Shown here: positions 43,870 to 57,062 of the stretch, one piece after another
How positions within the stretch are numbered: position 1 is the stretch's first letter
Layout of the letters: the number at the start of each line of letters is the position of its first letter
Source of the DNA: the human T2T-CHM13v2.0 reference genome, Homo sapiens
Assembly: GCF_009914755.1 (NCBI RefSeq)
Contig: NC_060944.1
Length of the DNA: 64,000 nucleotides
Strand: one strand, 5' to 3'
The notes under the pieces: generated by a model
Databases searched by the model: none
What the model was told of the DNA's origin: nothing
Seen by the model: the letters and a program-made list of their open reading frames with translations, nothing else
Position numbers and translations under genes: made by a program

Positions 43870-44290
43870 CTATTTCTAAAGGCATGGGTAGGTTAAGAAA
43901 ACTAGCAAGGGAGGATGAGACACCCAAGACTAACCACCGTGGGAAGTCATAAGGAAAGCTTAGCCTGAAGGGCCAAGAAGATGAAATAATTTTTGCAGAT
44001 GCTAAGTGAAACTGAGGCAGTGAAGGAGGGGCCTTTGGGAGGAGCTGTAGCCTAGAGGAAGGAAGCCAGTGCCAGACACGTGGCCAGAGAGGCCATAGAG
44101 GCAGGGCTCTGATCTCTCTCACTTCTCAGCCTCTGATATCCAGCTGGTGCCTGCTTCCATTGGCTGAGCCCGAATGTAGGCACTGGCAAAGGAGCTGGAG
44201 CCCAGTGATGCCCATGTGGAAGGCAGCCTCTCGGGGCTAGAGGAGGGCAGAGACAGATCTAGTTGGGAGGACAAACAGATGGATGGGCTG
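43870..44290 (-). mobile_element. Old ERVL-type LTR fragment
   Basis: cattggctgagcccgaa...ggcaaaggagctggagcccagtgatgc...ggcagcctctcggggc. Confidence 0.45.
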
Positions 44291-45999
44291 ATGTGATCCC
44301 AGACACGCTCCTCCAACTAGGGCATTCTTTCTCAAGAGCCTCGATCCCAGGCAGAGCCACATGGCGTCTCAGAGTCAGTGAATCCACCCGCAGTCAGCAA
44401 AGGAGCGCCTTTGGCTTTGTTTTGCTTCTGCATGGCTTGTCTTTTATTCTTCTGCTCAGCACTTCTCCTTCTCCTCATTTTCCTCTCTCCTGCTTTTCTC
44501 TTCTTTGTCTTCTGTCTTCTTCTTTCTCTTCTGCTCAGTATCTCTCTGATTCTTGAAGCCTTTCTCAGCCTAATAAGGGCCCTAAACTTCCACTGGAATC
44601 ATGGAGAGCTCTTTTCTGTCCTTTTTTATTTTTTAGTGAATAAGAGTCAGATTCAGGTAGGACAGGTTTAATTTTGAAACTTGAAAAATTGCTCAGGACT
44701 TCCTCTTCAGGATATGAGCATTGGTCTTAAATATCAAAAGAAAACAAGATTTTTGGTAGGGTTCTTTTAGATAAATGCTTACTACTTACAACATATAGGA
44801 AGAGGAAAAAAAAAACAAAAAAATGATAAACATTATAAATAGTGTATTTCTTCACTTCCTTTAACCATCATTTGCATATTTGTGCCCAGTGTCCAATACT
44901 AAGTGTTGCTTTCACCACTCAAGTGACTCTTGGGACCTGTCCTGAGAGCTGTGGTTTCAGGCTGGATGCAATGAAGTCTTTCCAATTGTTATACAATTGA
45001 CTGTGAGCTACTTAAATCTGCCACTTATTAAGAATGACTGGTTATGAATCATCCCAGTTCCCAAATATGATGATGAATTTGTGATTACTCTGCAACAGTT
45101 TTCAAAACAAGATCTCATACCTTTCATCAGGAAGAGGGAAAATGGTTTCATTTTCAACACAGGAATTTGTTTCCCTGGTTGAGACATAAAACATGTGTCT
45201 TAATGGTTCTGCAATGTGCTGGGATTTACTCTGAAAGGATAGTGATTCACGAAGAGATGGAGTCGGGTTTCACATCCTTTGAAGTCTAGGGTTGCCCAAT
45301 TGCAGTCATGGAGCAACATGCAGCTGAGAATAAGAGCCAACTGTTCCTGAGTTTGTCTTTAACGGTTAAACATGCCTCATGTGGTGTGTCAAAAGCTTAT
45401 AAATTCATAATTGGGGCAAGGCTGCTGTGGGTTTAGTTGCCAATAATGTGTTGATGTTGGGTTCAGAGTGCCCAATTAGGATGGAACATAAAGCAATGCA
45501 TGGCAACGAATGAATATGAGATCACTCATGTTTCAGTGGAATTTTCTTTGAAGATCCACAAAACTGGAGAAATGGCTGCCCGGATAACGCTGACATCACC
45601 ATGTGGCCATATTCAGAGGGCTGAAGAAGTCCTGACAAACTAAAGTGGGGTGCTTCTGAAGTTCCCTAAATAGGATTGGATAAAGTGTAGGGATAGAGAG
45701 ATGGTCACATGCAGGATTCCTTCCCACCTCCTTCCTGTCATATCAGAATACTTGTTACTGTGGCTGAAGTGACATTTCCATCCAGAAGCCAGGATCTGGT
45801 TTAGCTGTGCTTGTCTTCCTTCCCGGAGCTGAGTCATGAATGGCAGTTTGGGATCCTCCAAAGTGAAAGGTGTCTTTTGTTCAGCCACTCGAGGCTGCTC
45901 TCTCACTGTGCTCAGTTACAGTTTAACTGGCATTTCCTTGTCAGTACTCTGTGCTGTTGTGTAAAGCAGATTCAAGCTATTCTATTTGCTTCTTCTTAT

Positions 46000-46580
46000 T
46001 TGTCCACTCACACAGTCACTATTTATGATGATCCTTCTATGATGAAGGCACTATTTGAGATGCCTGAAAACACAAAAGTGAGCAAGATAAACGAGGTCCT
46101 TTTTCTATTCTATTCTTGTTGAGGAGCTAGATAAGTAGGCAAATGGACAAACTAATAAAATAATTTTAGACAGTGCTATGGGATATGAAGGGGCTAAGAA
46201 GGGATGATGGTGTAACATAATTTGTGAGAGTTGCGCGATGGCCACATTAGATGAGGTGGTTCTCTCTGAATATGTGAATTTTATCCTGAGATCTAAAGAA
46301 TAAGAAAGAGTCAGCAATGGAATGATCTAGAGGAAGAGTGTTCTGGGTAAAGGACTCACAATTGGAAGAGTCCTCAGGCAGGGAAGAGTGTTCTGGGTAA
46401 AGGACTCACAATTGGAAGAAGTCCTCAGGCAGGGAAGAGCTTGGTTTATTAAAGAAACAACAAGAACATCAACAGAATCTGTGTGGCTCTGCTCCATGAG
46501 AAAGAGGGTGGGGGATAGGGGACTATGTCAGAAAGCAATGGGAGCTGGTTATGCGGGCCATGGTGAGAAGTTGGGATCTT
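46000..46580 (-). mobile_element. L2 3' region
   Basis: gacagtgctatgggatatgaag...ctgagatctaaagaataagaaagagtcagc. Confidence 0.65.
46332..46439. repeat. 50-bp tandem duplication
   Basis: ggaagagtgttctgggtaaaggactcacaattggaaga(a)gtcctcaggcag x2, then ggaagag. Confidence 0.95.
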
Positions 46581-46724
46581 GTTCAATCATAATCCACCCA
46601 ACTGTGTTTTCACTCCCTATACTTCCACTCTTCCCTCCCTATACTTTCTCTCTTCCCTCCTTATCCATCTCCTTATCCATGGTTTATCACTAAAATCACT
46701 CCCTTGAAAATATCCTGTCCTTTG

Positions 46725-47248
46725 GTATGAGTTATCTATTGCTGTGTAACAAATTAAACAAAAAATTTAGCAGTTTAAAATAAGAAGAATTTGTTATCTC
46801 ACACAGCATTTGTAGATCAAGAAACCAGGCTGGCTTAGTTGGGTGATTCTGCCTGTAGGTATCTCATGAGTATAGTTATCTAAAGATCATACTGGGGCTG
46901 GGGGGGTTCACTTCCAGGTTGACTCACTCACATGCCTGGAGAGTTAGCCCTGGTTTTTGGCAGGGAGCCTTAGTTCCTTGTCATGTGGGTCTTTCCATAG
47001 GACTTGTTGAGTGTCCTCATGGTATGGTGGCTGACTTTGCCCAGAGACAGTGAGCCAAGAAAAGGGAAGGTGAAAGTCACTATGTCTTTTAGGATCTAGT
47101 TTTGAAAGTCATATATCATTGTCTTCATAATATCTAAGTAGTCCTAAAGGCTATCCATACTCAGTGTGGGAGAGGAGAAAATCACACAAGGGCATGAATA
47201 CCAGAAGACAAGGACCATGGCAGGTCATCTCGGAGGCTTGCTAACACA
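46725..47248 (-). mobile_element. MLT1F/G-like LTR
   Basis: agttatctattgctgtgtaacaaatt...gagtgtcctcatggtatggtggctgac...gcatgaataccagaag. Confidence 0.75.
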
Positions 47249-47640
47249 CCCTATCACCCTCCTTTGTTCAAATCTTGCAAAACCTCAGCCCTGAGAAATC
47301 TAAAGCATGGCGCTAACATCTAACCCATTGAAAAGCATACCAACATGCTGAGTGAACTCATTTTAAGTTCATGACCACAGACATCAAATGAAACCTTAGT
47401 GCTGTCTGACTATCCTTCTACATGCCTCTAGGCAATTTATTCTTTTCCTAGGGTGACTTTCCCATATCTTCATCTCTTTTATACCTGGTCTCATTCTTGG
47501 CCAAAGTAAAATAGAAGCTATCAGAAGAACAATTCTACATACTTCCACCAACAAATTACCAACCCAGCTATACCCATATACTCTACCTTCTCACCTGTCA
47601 CTACAGATGGTCAGCTTTTGCTTCTATGTATGTGTTTTAA

Positions 47641-48004
47641 TGTATTAGTCCATTTTCACACTGCTGATAAAGACATACCTGAGACTGGGAAGAGAAAGAG
47701 GTTCAATGGACCCAGCAGTTCCACATGGCTGGGGAGGCCTCACAATCATGGCGGAAGGCAATGAGGAGCAAGTCACATCTTATGTGGATGGCAGCAGGCA
47801 AAGAGAGAGAGCTTGTGCGGGGAAACTCCCGTTTTTAAAACCATCAGATCTCATGAGACTTATTCACTATTGCAGGAATAGCACGAGAAAGACCTGCCCC
47901 CATAATTCAATTACTTCCCACTGGTTTCCTCCCACAACATGGAGGAATTGTGGGAGTTATAATTCAAGGTGAGATTTGGGTGGGGACATAGTCAAATCAT
48001 ATCA
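47641..48004 (-). mobile_element. THE1B solo LTR
   Basis: tgtattagtccattttcacactgctgataaagacatacctgag...gtcaaatcatatca. Confidence 0.9.
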
Positions 48005-48457
48005 ATTACTTTCATGGGGCTGCCATAACTAAATACTGCAAACTGGATGGCTTAGATCAACATAAATGTACTGTTTCCCAGTTCTGGAGGGTACAAGTCT
48101 AAAATCAAGGTGTCAGTAGGGCTATACTCCCTCTAAACACGCTAGGGCAGGATCTGTTCAGGTCTTTTTTCTGTTTTTTGGTGGCTTAGGCATTAACTGT
48201 CTTGCAAATGGCCATCTTCTCCCTGTGCTCATCCCATAGTCTTCCCTGTATGTGCGTCTGTCCTGGTATCCAGATTTCTCCTTTTATAAGGACTCTGATC
48301 GTATTGGATTAGGACTTACCCCAGTGACCTCCTTTTAACTTGATTACATCTGTAAAGACTGTATTTCCAGATAAGGTCACATTCTGTGGGACTGGAGGTT
48401 AAGACCTCAACATTTTTTGTAAGGGGGAAGGTAGATGGGGGACACAATTCAACCCAA
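48005..48457 (-). mobile_element. MLT1B/C-like LTR
   Basis: ggggctgccataac...cagttctggagg...ttacatctgtaaagactgtatttccagataaggtcacattctg. Confidence 0.8.
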
Positions 48458-51400
48458 AAGCTTAGACTAATTTCCCATTTGTATGCTGAATCCCATTCCT
48501 TTCCACCAGCCAAATGGATCTTTCGGCAATTGTACCTGTTTCCCCCTGCATTATCTATTTTTCCCTTTCTATTGATCATTCCCATCATATAGAAGCAGGA
48601 TCTAATAACCCCCATCATAAAAGCTAACCAACCAATCAAAGAAACAAAAAACTTGCTGATCCCACTTATCTTATTTACAGAACTCAAAAGAATTGTCTTT
48701 ACTCTATGGCTCTACTCCTTCCCCTTTGCTTTCTCTGAAGCTCACTTCAATAAGGCTTTAACCTACCATGCCATCAACATCTCTTTGGTTATGGCCAAAA
48801 GCACTCTATATATTATCAAATTCAATGGGCAGCTCTCAAGTCTTGTCTTACTTGACCTGTCAACTGTGTCATTTGACACAGTAGGCCACTCCTTCCTTTT
48901 TGAACCCAATTCTTCACTTAATTTGAGGACAGCACTCTCTTTTGCTTCATCTCCCATCTCACTGGCCATTGCTTCTCAGGGTTTAGTCTTTGAAACTCGT
49001 CTCTAGATGCTCCATGCCTTGAGTGATGTCACCCAGCCTTGCGGCTGTATACCATCCATATCTACATACACTAACAATTCCTGACCTCTTTCTTTAATGC
49101 CAGGCTTGTATATTATGTTAATCCTTCCTCTCTACTCAAATGCCTGATAGACTTCTCAATATTTTATGCCCTAAACTGACCTCATGATGATCCTTCGTGC
49201 ATATCCTAGTTCTTTTCTTGTCTTCCCTGTCTCAGAAAATGGCAAATTCATGATCCTAGTTGCTTAAGCTAAACCCTTGGCATCATCCTTAATTATCTGT
49301 CTCTTTTTCTCATGTCTCACATACAAGTATCAATGAATCCTCTTTGCTCTACTTCCCCAATACATCCCAAATTCAGGCATCTATCACCATCTTCATCATT
49401 GTCAATCTGGAGCAAGCCTTGATTCACCTTCGCCTGGACTATTATAATCATCCCCCAGTTAGTTTCCCTATCTCTATTCTTGCCCACCTCTAGTCCATTC
49501 CGGACCCAGCAACCAGAACATGTAACTCAAAATCCACCAATAGCTTCCCTTCTTGATAAGCATAAAATGCCAGCTCATTTCGTTGGCCTTCAAAGCTCCC
49601 CATGAGTGCATTCTTGGCCACCTCTGACAGAATCCTGTACCACTTATTCCTGTATTCCCTCCACTCCAGTCACGCGAGCATCCTGGTTCCTTTTTTACCC
49701 TGCCAACTGTGCTTTCTGCCTCATGGCCTTTGCATTCACTGTTCCTTTAATGAGGAATGCCCTTCTTTTAGGTATCCACATGGTTTGCTCCCTCATTTCA
49801 TCCAGGTTTCTGCCCAAATGTCTCCTTGTCAGAGAGGACTTTCCTGCCCACTCTAGCTAAAATAGCAATCCCTGTCCACCAATATTCTCCATTTCCTTAC
49901 CCACTTTCTATTTCTTCATAACGCTTATCACGGCTAGGAACATTTTATATTTATTTGTTTTTTTCCCTTACCTCTTTAAAGTATAAACTTCAAGAGAGCC
50001 ACGACTTTGTTTACTGATGAACACTTCCTTTGCTCCTAGCATGGTATACAGCACATAGTAAGTGTTGAGCAAATATTTCTTTGTCAGTTAATGTGTTAAC
50101 TCCCTGTTTCTCTCTCCTTCTTTCTCTTCCATTTTCATTCTCTTCCTTCCTATCCATTTTTACTTTTTCTCTTTCTTTTTCTTCACATTCCACTTCCATC
50201 TTCATTTTTGCTTCATTTTCAGATTAATATCAGAAAAACAGATTGATTCAAAGACTTTCAAAAGGAGAAGATTCAATGTAATCCTTAAAATTGTTATGAA
50301 AATTGTTATAAAAATCAAAGCAGAACCACCCATAATTTGGTGGTTAATTTTCAAAATAAAAAGCAGCTGAAATTTTAGGGCTAATTGCAAAAATGAATAA
50401 CTAGATTAATCCATCCCTGCATTGTTTTAACCTGAGTTTCTAAGACACTGACTTTTCAAATAAGCTAATATAAAAGAGGGGCTCCAAAAATTTACCCATA
50501 CCTATGACAGAAAGTAGCTTGCCTTTCTGTGTATTATTTATGCTACATGGATTAAAAATTTTATAATAAACTTCTTAGTAAAGAAAGAAAATATCTCATT
50601 TTTCCTCTACACTTTTGACTTCTTCTTCTTTTTTTTTTTTTTAAAAAAAATTCCCATCTGCTTTAATGTTTTTCTTTGGTTAATATTTTGGGATTTGTTC
50701 AACAAACTTACTTCTTAATAATGCTTGATTAAGCCTTGTTTGCAAAATCAAATATCTACAGATGTGGGCAAGAAACACAATCAAGTAGGCTCAGGGTAAA
50801 AAAAAATGTCTACAGTTTAGGGGCCTGTGACAAACTGGAGACACATGCTTTGTGTAAAGGGAATACTATGAAAGTCAAAACAAATATGGGTGCAGTACAA
50901 ATTTAGCTGGTAGTTTTTTGACCTCTGACTTAGGTGACTATTATAATAATCTGGTAGCTGCTAGTCCTTATATTCCTAGTAGCTAACTGTGGGAGGAAGT
51001 GCATGGTATCGAAGTTACAAAACAAATATTAGAGTAGGGAAAATCAAACTTCTATGAAAAATAAGTCAGCAAGTGAATACGTAAAATTGAGTGGGTATGT
51101 ATGTGTATGTGTGTGTGCATCTTCAAAATAATAGTCAATTATTATGCAGTGATGTACTGTGGCTCTCTGGAAACATAAGAACCACATACAAAATATAATG
51201 GGATGAATCACAAAGTCGGTTGCAGGTAGACATATGCTTGGGTACAATTATTTTTAGGGTATTTTCTGCAAATAATGGAAGTTAAAAGGAGAAATCTAAT
51301 CAAAACCAGAATCAGCTTCCAGACAGCCAACCCATCTCAGATGTGAGAACTTTTTGTTAGCTGGTTATACCATGCCTTCCACTCCGTGGTGAGATGATGA

Positions 51401-51539
51401 AGATGCCCCTGGGTGAACTGCACCCTGGTTTTCTTCCGTTTCGTATACTTCGTTCTTGCTTTGTGCATACCTGAAATCCATGCAGACTGGAACGCACTGT
51501 GCACAGTTGTGTGGTGACTGACGCCTGACCGCTTCATCA

Positions 51540-51890
51540 TGTGTCTTAGTTCATCTGGGCTGCTGTAACAAAACGCCTTAGATTAGGTCATTTGTATATA
51601 ACCAAGATTTATTGCTTATAGCTTAGGAGTCTGGGGAGTCCAAGATCAAGGCACCAACAAATCCAGTGTCCGCTGAGAGCTTGTTCCCTGCTTCAAAGAT
51701 GCCCTCACATAGTGACGGGGGCAAGGGAGCCCCCTTGGGCTTCCTTCCATAAGGGCACTAATCCCATTCATGAGGGGTTATGACTCATGACTGAATCACT
51801 TCCCAAAAGTCCCATCTATTAACACTGTCACATTGGGTATTAGGCTCCAACATATGAATTTTGGGGGAAACCAACATTGAGACCACAGCG
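51540..51890 (-). mobile_element. MST (C/D-like) LTR
   Basis: tgtcttagttcatctgggctgctgtaacaaaa...gtccaagatcaaggcacca...aacattgagaccacagc. Confidence 0.8.
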
Positions 51891-52119
51891 CCATGGAGCT
51901 GTGCTAAGTGAGAGAGCGGTTCCTGTATGCGGGGGTTTTCGTTAATGCAGTACCATTTAAAGTGAGGATTGCTTGTATCAGTAAATCAAGACAGCTTGTT
52001 TTTCCATACCTTTGAACTCAAACTTACCTAATGTTTGCTACTTTGATGTTTGTTTGTTTGTTTTCAGATACTCATTTAGGGACATAAATCATCATAGTTG
52101 TAAGCCCGTGCTCCAGGGT

Positions 52120-52340
52120 CAAAAAGAATATTGGGTTCAAAGACCAGGTCTGCCTCTTATTGCCTCTGTGACCTGTGAGACGTTTCTTAACCTCTCTAAG
52201 CCTCTGTCTCCTCATCTCAAAAATGGAGATAATCATACCTCACAGCTTTGATTAATGTGAAGATTAAAGTGAGATGCTGCTTATAAAAAACTTAGCCATA
52301 ATAGGTAGCATAACAATTCTCAGTATATATTATCAATGAC
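52120..52340 (+). mobile_element. MIR
   Basis: ttcttaacctctctaagcctctgtctcctcatctcaaaaatggagataat. Confidence 0.75.
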
Positions 52341-53783
52341 TCCCTTTGCTATTACTCCTTTTATTAGTAATACAGAGCACAGCTACTCCTTGAAGTGTTT
52401 CATAAAGTTTGGTGACACTCTTAACACTCCTGAGAGGTCAAGCATACAATTGGCTTAGGTTGGAGGAACAGTGAACTTGGTGGTCTTGTTGAGCCCTGGT
52501 CATGCATAACTAGGATGCCAGATGCTTCGACCTGTAATAAAAAATTCCCCTTGAGCTTGGTAGAATTTGGCAGGCTCACCGTTCATCCTTACATGAGCCG
52601 TGTGAGTCAAGCACTGGGCCAGCTCGGCAGAGGCATCGAAGTTCAATCACAGCGCAAAATCTAATCAATTCTCACAGTCAATGAATGAACTGATGATTCA
52701 GGTATTTAGAGCAAAAGGTGTGAAGAGATTATTTGGAACATGGTGGAGGGTAAGAAACAGGTATAAATCTATTCCAGAATTTCATTTCTTGTGAGTCTTC
52801 TAGGAAATGAGATGAATGAACTTTTAAAGAACATTCATTATTCAGCTGAGATTTTTGAGCATCTACTATGTGCCGGGCATTAGGCTAGCTTCTAGCAAAG
52901 GAGCTGAGAACAAGACTATGTGAGCACCAGCTCTCACAGTGTTCAAAATTTATGTCAACATCTATGCTGAGTGTGTAGCCCTTATTACTCAGCTTGGCAC
53001 TTTACCTTTCTCTAAGTTGTCAGAAACTACTAGAAATTTGAACGGTTTCCATCAATGTATTCAAATGAATTGCTTTAGTGGTGGGCAGAGGAAAGATCCT
53101 GTTTTTTCCTCCCCTAACACGCACATCCCATTAATCAACAGATTCCTTGTTATTTAATAATAAATAAAAATACATTAACTTGTTGAGGCAAACATGTTTC
53201 CCAAAGCCATTATTAAAACTGAATTACCAACAACATGGTTTGAACAGTAATATCATGACCACAAGTCATTTTTCTCAGTTGACTTTCTGACTGGTGATAC
53301 AAAATCCATGGGAACTGTCTGAATTGCGAGGCAAATATTTTAGTAATGAGTCGATCCCCAAAACAATTTCAACACTGGAATGGAAATTTATACATTCCTT
53401 AAGCTTTGCTTCAAAGACAGGTAAAATTCCTTCTGAATTGGGTAAATGGAATGCATTCTATAAACTGTACCCTTTTGTTACAATGAACCCAATTGCTCCC
53501 GTCGTTCATAATCTGGCCCAGCAAGCCAATTCTTTGTTCCATTGCTAATCCATAGTGCAGATTTTAATCTCCAACAATTAGTAACCCATTCCTACATATC
53601 TTGGAAAGTTCATGACTGTCAGGGTAGGCAATTTTTACGTTGTGTATATAGGTCTCCAAAGAGACAATACATGTTTGTGGAATGAATACATGCTTTTAAA
53701 ATTCCCATTTCAATAAGTGGAGTTTGCAGGATACTTTAACATAGCCCAGCTGAGAAAAATTTTAGTGAAAGAGGAATCTAGAA

Positions 53784-54000
53784 TAGTAGTTTCCAACTGA
53801 GGGTGATATCATCCCCCAGGGGACATCTGACAATGTTTGGTGTCATCTTCGGTAGTCACATCTGAAAGAGGGTGCTATTGGAATCTAGTAGGTAGAGGCC
53901 AGGGATGCTGTGAAATATTCTACAGTGCACAGGACAGCTTTCCTACGATGAAAAATTATCTGGCCCTAAATGCCACTAGTGCTGAGGTTAAGACACCCTG
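53784..54000. mobile_element. MER20
   Basis: cccccaggggacatctgacaatgtttgg...gtagaggccagggatgctg; TSD atctagaa/atctggag. Confidence 0.88.
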
Positions 54001-54009
54001 ATCTGGAGG

Positions 54010-54716
54010 GAATGCTTCTCTTTCTTTCATCTCTCTCACTGGGGAAGTCAGCTGTGTTGTGAGTAAGCTCCAGCAGCCCTATGGAGAGGTCCATGTGGTG
54101 AGGAACTAAGGCTCCCTGAACAGCAGTCAGCAACTTGTCTGTCACCTAAGTGAGGCATCTTGCAAGGGCATTTTCCAGCCTTGGTTGAGCTTTCAGATGA
54201 AAGCGGCTCACGCAGACACCTAGATGGCAACCTCATGAGAGATTCCCAGCCAGAACTAGCCAGCTAAGCCACACCCAAATTCCTGGCCCTCAGAAGTTGT
54301 AGACCAGTGGTCCCCAACCTTTTTGGCACCAGGGACTCGTTTCATAGAAGACAATTTTTCCACAAATGGTGGGGTGGTGGGGGATGGTTTTAGAATGAAA
54401 CTGTTCACTTCAGATCATCAGGCATTAGTTAGGTTCTCATGAGGAGCAACAACCGAGATCCCTCACATGTGGAGTTCACAATAGGGTCCACACTCCCATG
54501 AGAATCTAATGCTGCCCCGATCTGACAGGAGGCGGCACTCAGGTGGTGATGCTCGCTTGCCTGCAGCTCATCTCCTGCCATGTGGCCGGTTCCTTACAGG
54601 CCACAGACTGGTACTGGTCTGTGCCCTGGGGGTTGGTGACCCCTGTTGTATGTGATACATTCTTCTAAGTCATAAAGTCGTTAGTAATTTCTTACGTAGC
54701 AGCAGAAAACTAATAT
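54010..54716 (+). mobile_element. MLT1 (F/G/H-like) LTR split by MER1B
   Basis: ggagaggtccatgtggtgaggaactaagg...ccagctaagccacacccaaattcctggccctcagaa; resumes gtaatttcttacgtagcagcagaaaactaata. Confidence 0.7.
54305..54645. mobile_element. MER1B
   Basis: cagtggtccccaacctttttggcaccagggac...gggggttggtgacccctg. Confidence 0.9.
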
Positions 54717-55856
54717 AAGTACCTTACGTTGTATCTACACCGAATGGCTTCATTTTATTTTCCTGTATTCCGGTGAGTACAAGAAGAATGGTGAAGGATA
54801 TGCTTTTTGATTTTGTGGAGAAATGAAGACTTGCAGAATAAAGCATCTTGCTTAGTTAATAGAGTCACAAGCCATTTGATGGAGTACCTGTTGAGAGTAT
54901 AGCCTAAGGAAGCCTTGACTTTGAAGCCCAAATCTGCCACTTTCTAGCCAAGTAACATCTCTAAGCATTGATTTTTAAAATATGGGAACAACAGGAGCAC
55001 CTGTTTGATACGGTTGCTATGGAAATTACAAGAGATAACAATGTAATGTGCTTAGCACAATGAGTGGCTGATGGTAAACGCTCTACAAATGTTCATTGAA
55101 GAAATAGTTGTTATGATTACATGAGTGAGTGAGTTTTTTTTTTTTCAACTCAAATCACTCTGTTTTTCTGTTTCACATCTTTGCCATTTAAAGGTTTGGG
55201 AATGAGTCTCAAAGCCCATGATTTGTGATCTTCTGGCATTTTGCTGAGGTTGGGATTAGAATTATTTAAGTTGCAAGGTGGCGTTTGGTGGAACTCAGCG
55301 ATCTCCCAGCTGCCTGTGCAGCTGTCTCACCAGAGCCAGTGAGGCACTCATTCTGGGGGCAAAATTTAGCAGAGTGCCAAAAATCTCAGTACTGTTAGGG
55401 TAAATATTTTTATATAATATTTTAAAAATCCAATTGGCAAATGATGGCTAACCACCTGTTTTTGTAAATGAAGTTTTATTGGCAGTTCACTACTCACAGC
55501 TGTGAATTCAATAATTCACATCACGCTTTTTAAGATGATTATTTTCTTAAATTTATTTTTCGTTTATATTTACAGTGAAATTTTTGCCCTTAAGCAATAT
55601 TCATGTGTGCAAGCAATTGTGAGGTTAATGGCACTTATCCCCTGGAATGGGTCTGTATGAATTTGGAAGCTGTGGCAACATGTTGCAGACAGCTTATCAT
55701 GAACAGTTGTGGCTGGAACTGATAATGTCTTCTCTCATTGCCAGGCTCTTGATCCTTCCTAATTCATATGATTTGCATCCATAATTTTGGAACTAAAAAT
55801 ATGTCTTTTAAACAAGTAATATATAAAGAGAAATGTTCCAAATCCTATTTATATTT

Positions 55857-55959
55857 TAATTTATTATTTTTTATTTCCATAGGTTTTTGGGGAACAGGTG
55901 GTATTTGGTTACATGAGTAAGTTCTTTAATGGTGATTTTGGTGTACCCATCACCCAAGC
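55857..55959 (-). mobile_element. L1PB-like 3' terminus
   Basis: tttccataggtttttggggaacaggtggtatttggttacatgagtaagttcttt. Confidence 0.75.
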
Positions 55960-55989
55960 CCTACTTTTAATTCTAAGGTGATAGAGATC

Positions 55990-56345
55990 CAGGATTAAAA
56001 AGAAGGATAAACAAAAAGAAAATAGAAGTAAAAAAAAATAGAAATCAAAGCATCAACTAATGATATGGAAAAAGAAAAGCCAAACCTTTGTTCTTTGAAA
56101 AAACTAAAAACAGGCTTTTGTTGAGATACAGACAGCAAAAAAAAAATCCTAAGAATAAAGCAAAAACTTCTACAATTATAGATGTTTTAAAAAATCGTAA
56201 GTGAATACAGTTAGCAACTATGTGCCAATAGGTTTATAAGTCTAAGTGAGATTGAGAATTTTCTAGAAAAAAATGTAAATTACTTACACTGACACAGAAA
56301 GTAGAAGAAAATCTAAATAAACCAGTAACCATGAAGGAACTGAAG
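55990..56345 (+). mobile_element. Old L1M ORF2 fragment
   Basis: ttgttctttgaaaaa...caactatgtgccaata...aattttctagaaaaaa. Confidence 0.6.
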
Positions 56346-56359
56346 TGGTGGCAAACATC

Positions 56360-57062
56360 TGCAGGCCTGTGCCAGCGCTGGCTCCATCGGTGGGGACCTG
56401 AGCTGGGTAGTCACATGGCGGCCCCATGCTTAGAAGTACCTTGCTCAGGGTTTAATTCTTTGCTGGCTTTGGGTTTAATTCTTTGCTGCTACTATCTTAA
56501 AATTCTTTTTCTCTTTCTTTCTTTTTTTTTTTTTTAGACAAGGTCTCACTCTTCCCACAGGCTAGAGTCCGGTGACATGATCACAGCTCACTGTAGCCTC
56601 AAACTCCTGGGCTCAAGTGTCACAGCTCACTGTAGCCTCAAACTCCTGGGCTCAAGTGATCCTCCTACCTCAGTCTCCCTAGTAGTTGCGACCACAGGTG
56701 TGCACCACCACACTTGGCTAATTTTTTTTTTGAAGTTTTTGTAGAGATGAAGTCTTGCCATGTTGCCCAGGGTGGTCTGGAATTCCTGGGCTAAGGTGAT
56801 CCTCCAGCCTCAGCCTCCCAAAGTGCTGAGATTACAAGTGTGAGCCACCACACCTGGCCTTAAAATTATTAGTTTGTTATATTACCATATATAAATTATA
56901 ATATATGTTACATTATCAACTGTTAATTATATTATGAAAATATAGTAACATATTATTAACTAATATATTAATATATATTATAGAATTAATTATAGTATAT
57001 ATTAATAAGAAGCCCTCCTTTTAATTTTGTGCTTGGCCCTGCAAATTATGTAGCCAGACCTG
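56360..57062. mobile_element. MER91-like hAT MITE split by an Alu
   Basis: ggccccatgcttagaag...ggtttaattctttgct; ttttgtgcttggccctgcaaattatgtagcc. Confidence 0.55.
56508..56859 (-). mobile_element. AluJ with internal 39-bp tandem duplication
   Basis: TSD ttaaaatt(c/a)tt; tcacagctcactgtagcctcaaactcctgggctcaagtg x2. Confidence 0.92.

Larger units (their letters stand above)
46590..50092 (+). mobile_element. Long L2 with RT-domain remnant, interrupted by three MaLR LTRs
   Basis: ORF 48653-49006 contains KFNGQLSSLVLLDLSTVSFDTVGHS (L2 RT LDLSAAFDTVDH motif); 3' end cacatagtaagtgttgagcaaatattt. Confidence 0.8.
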
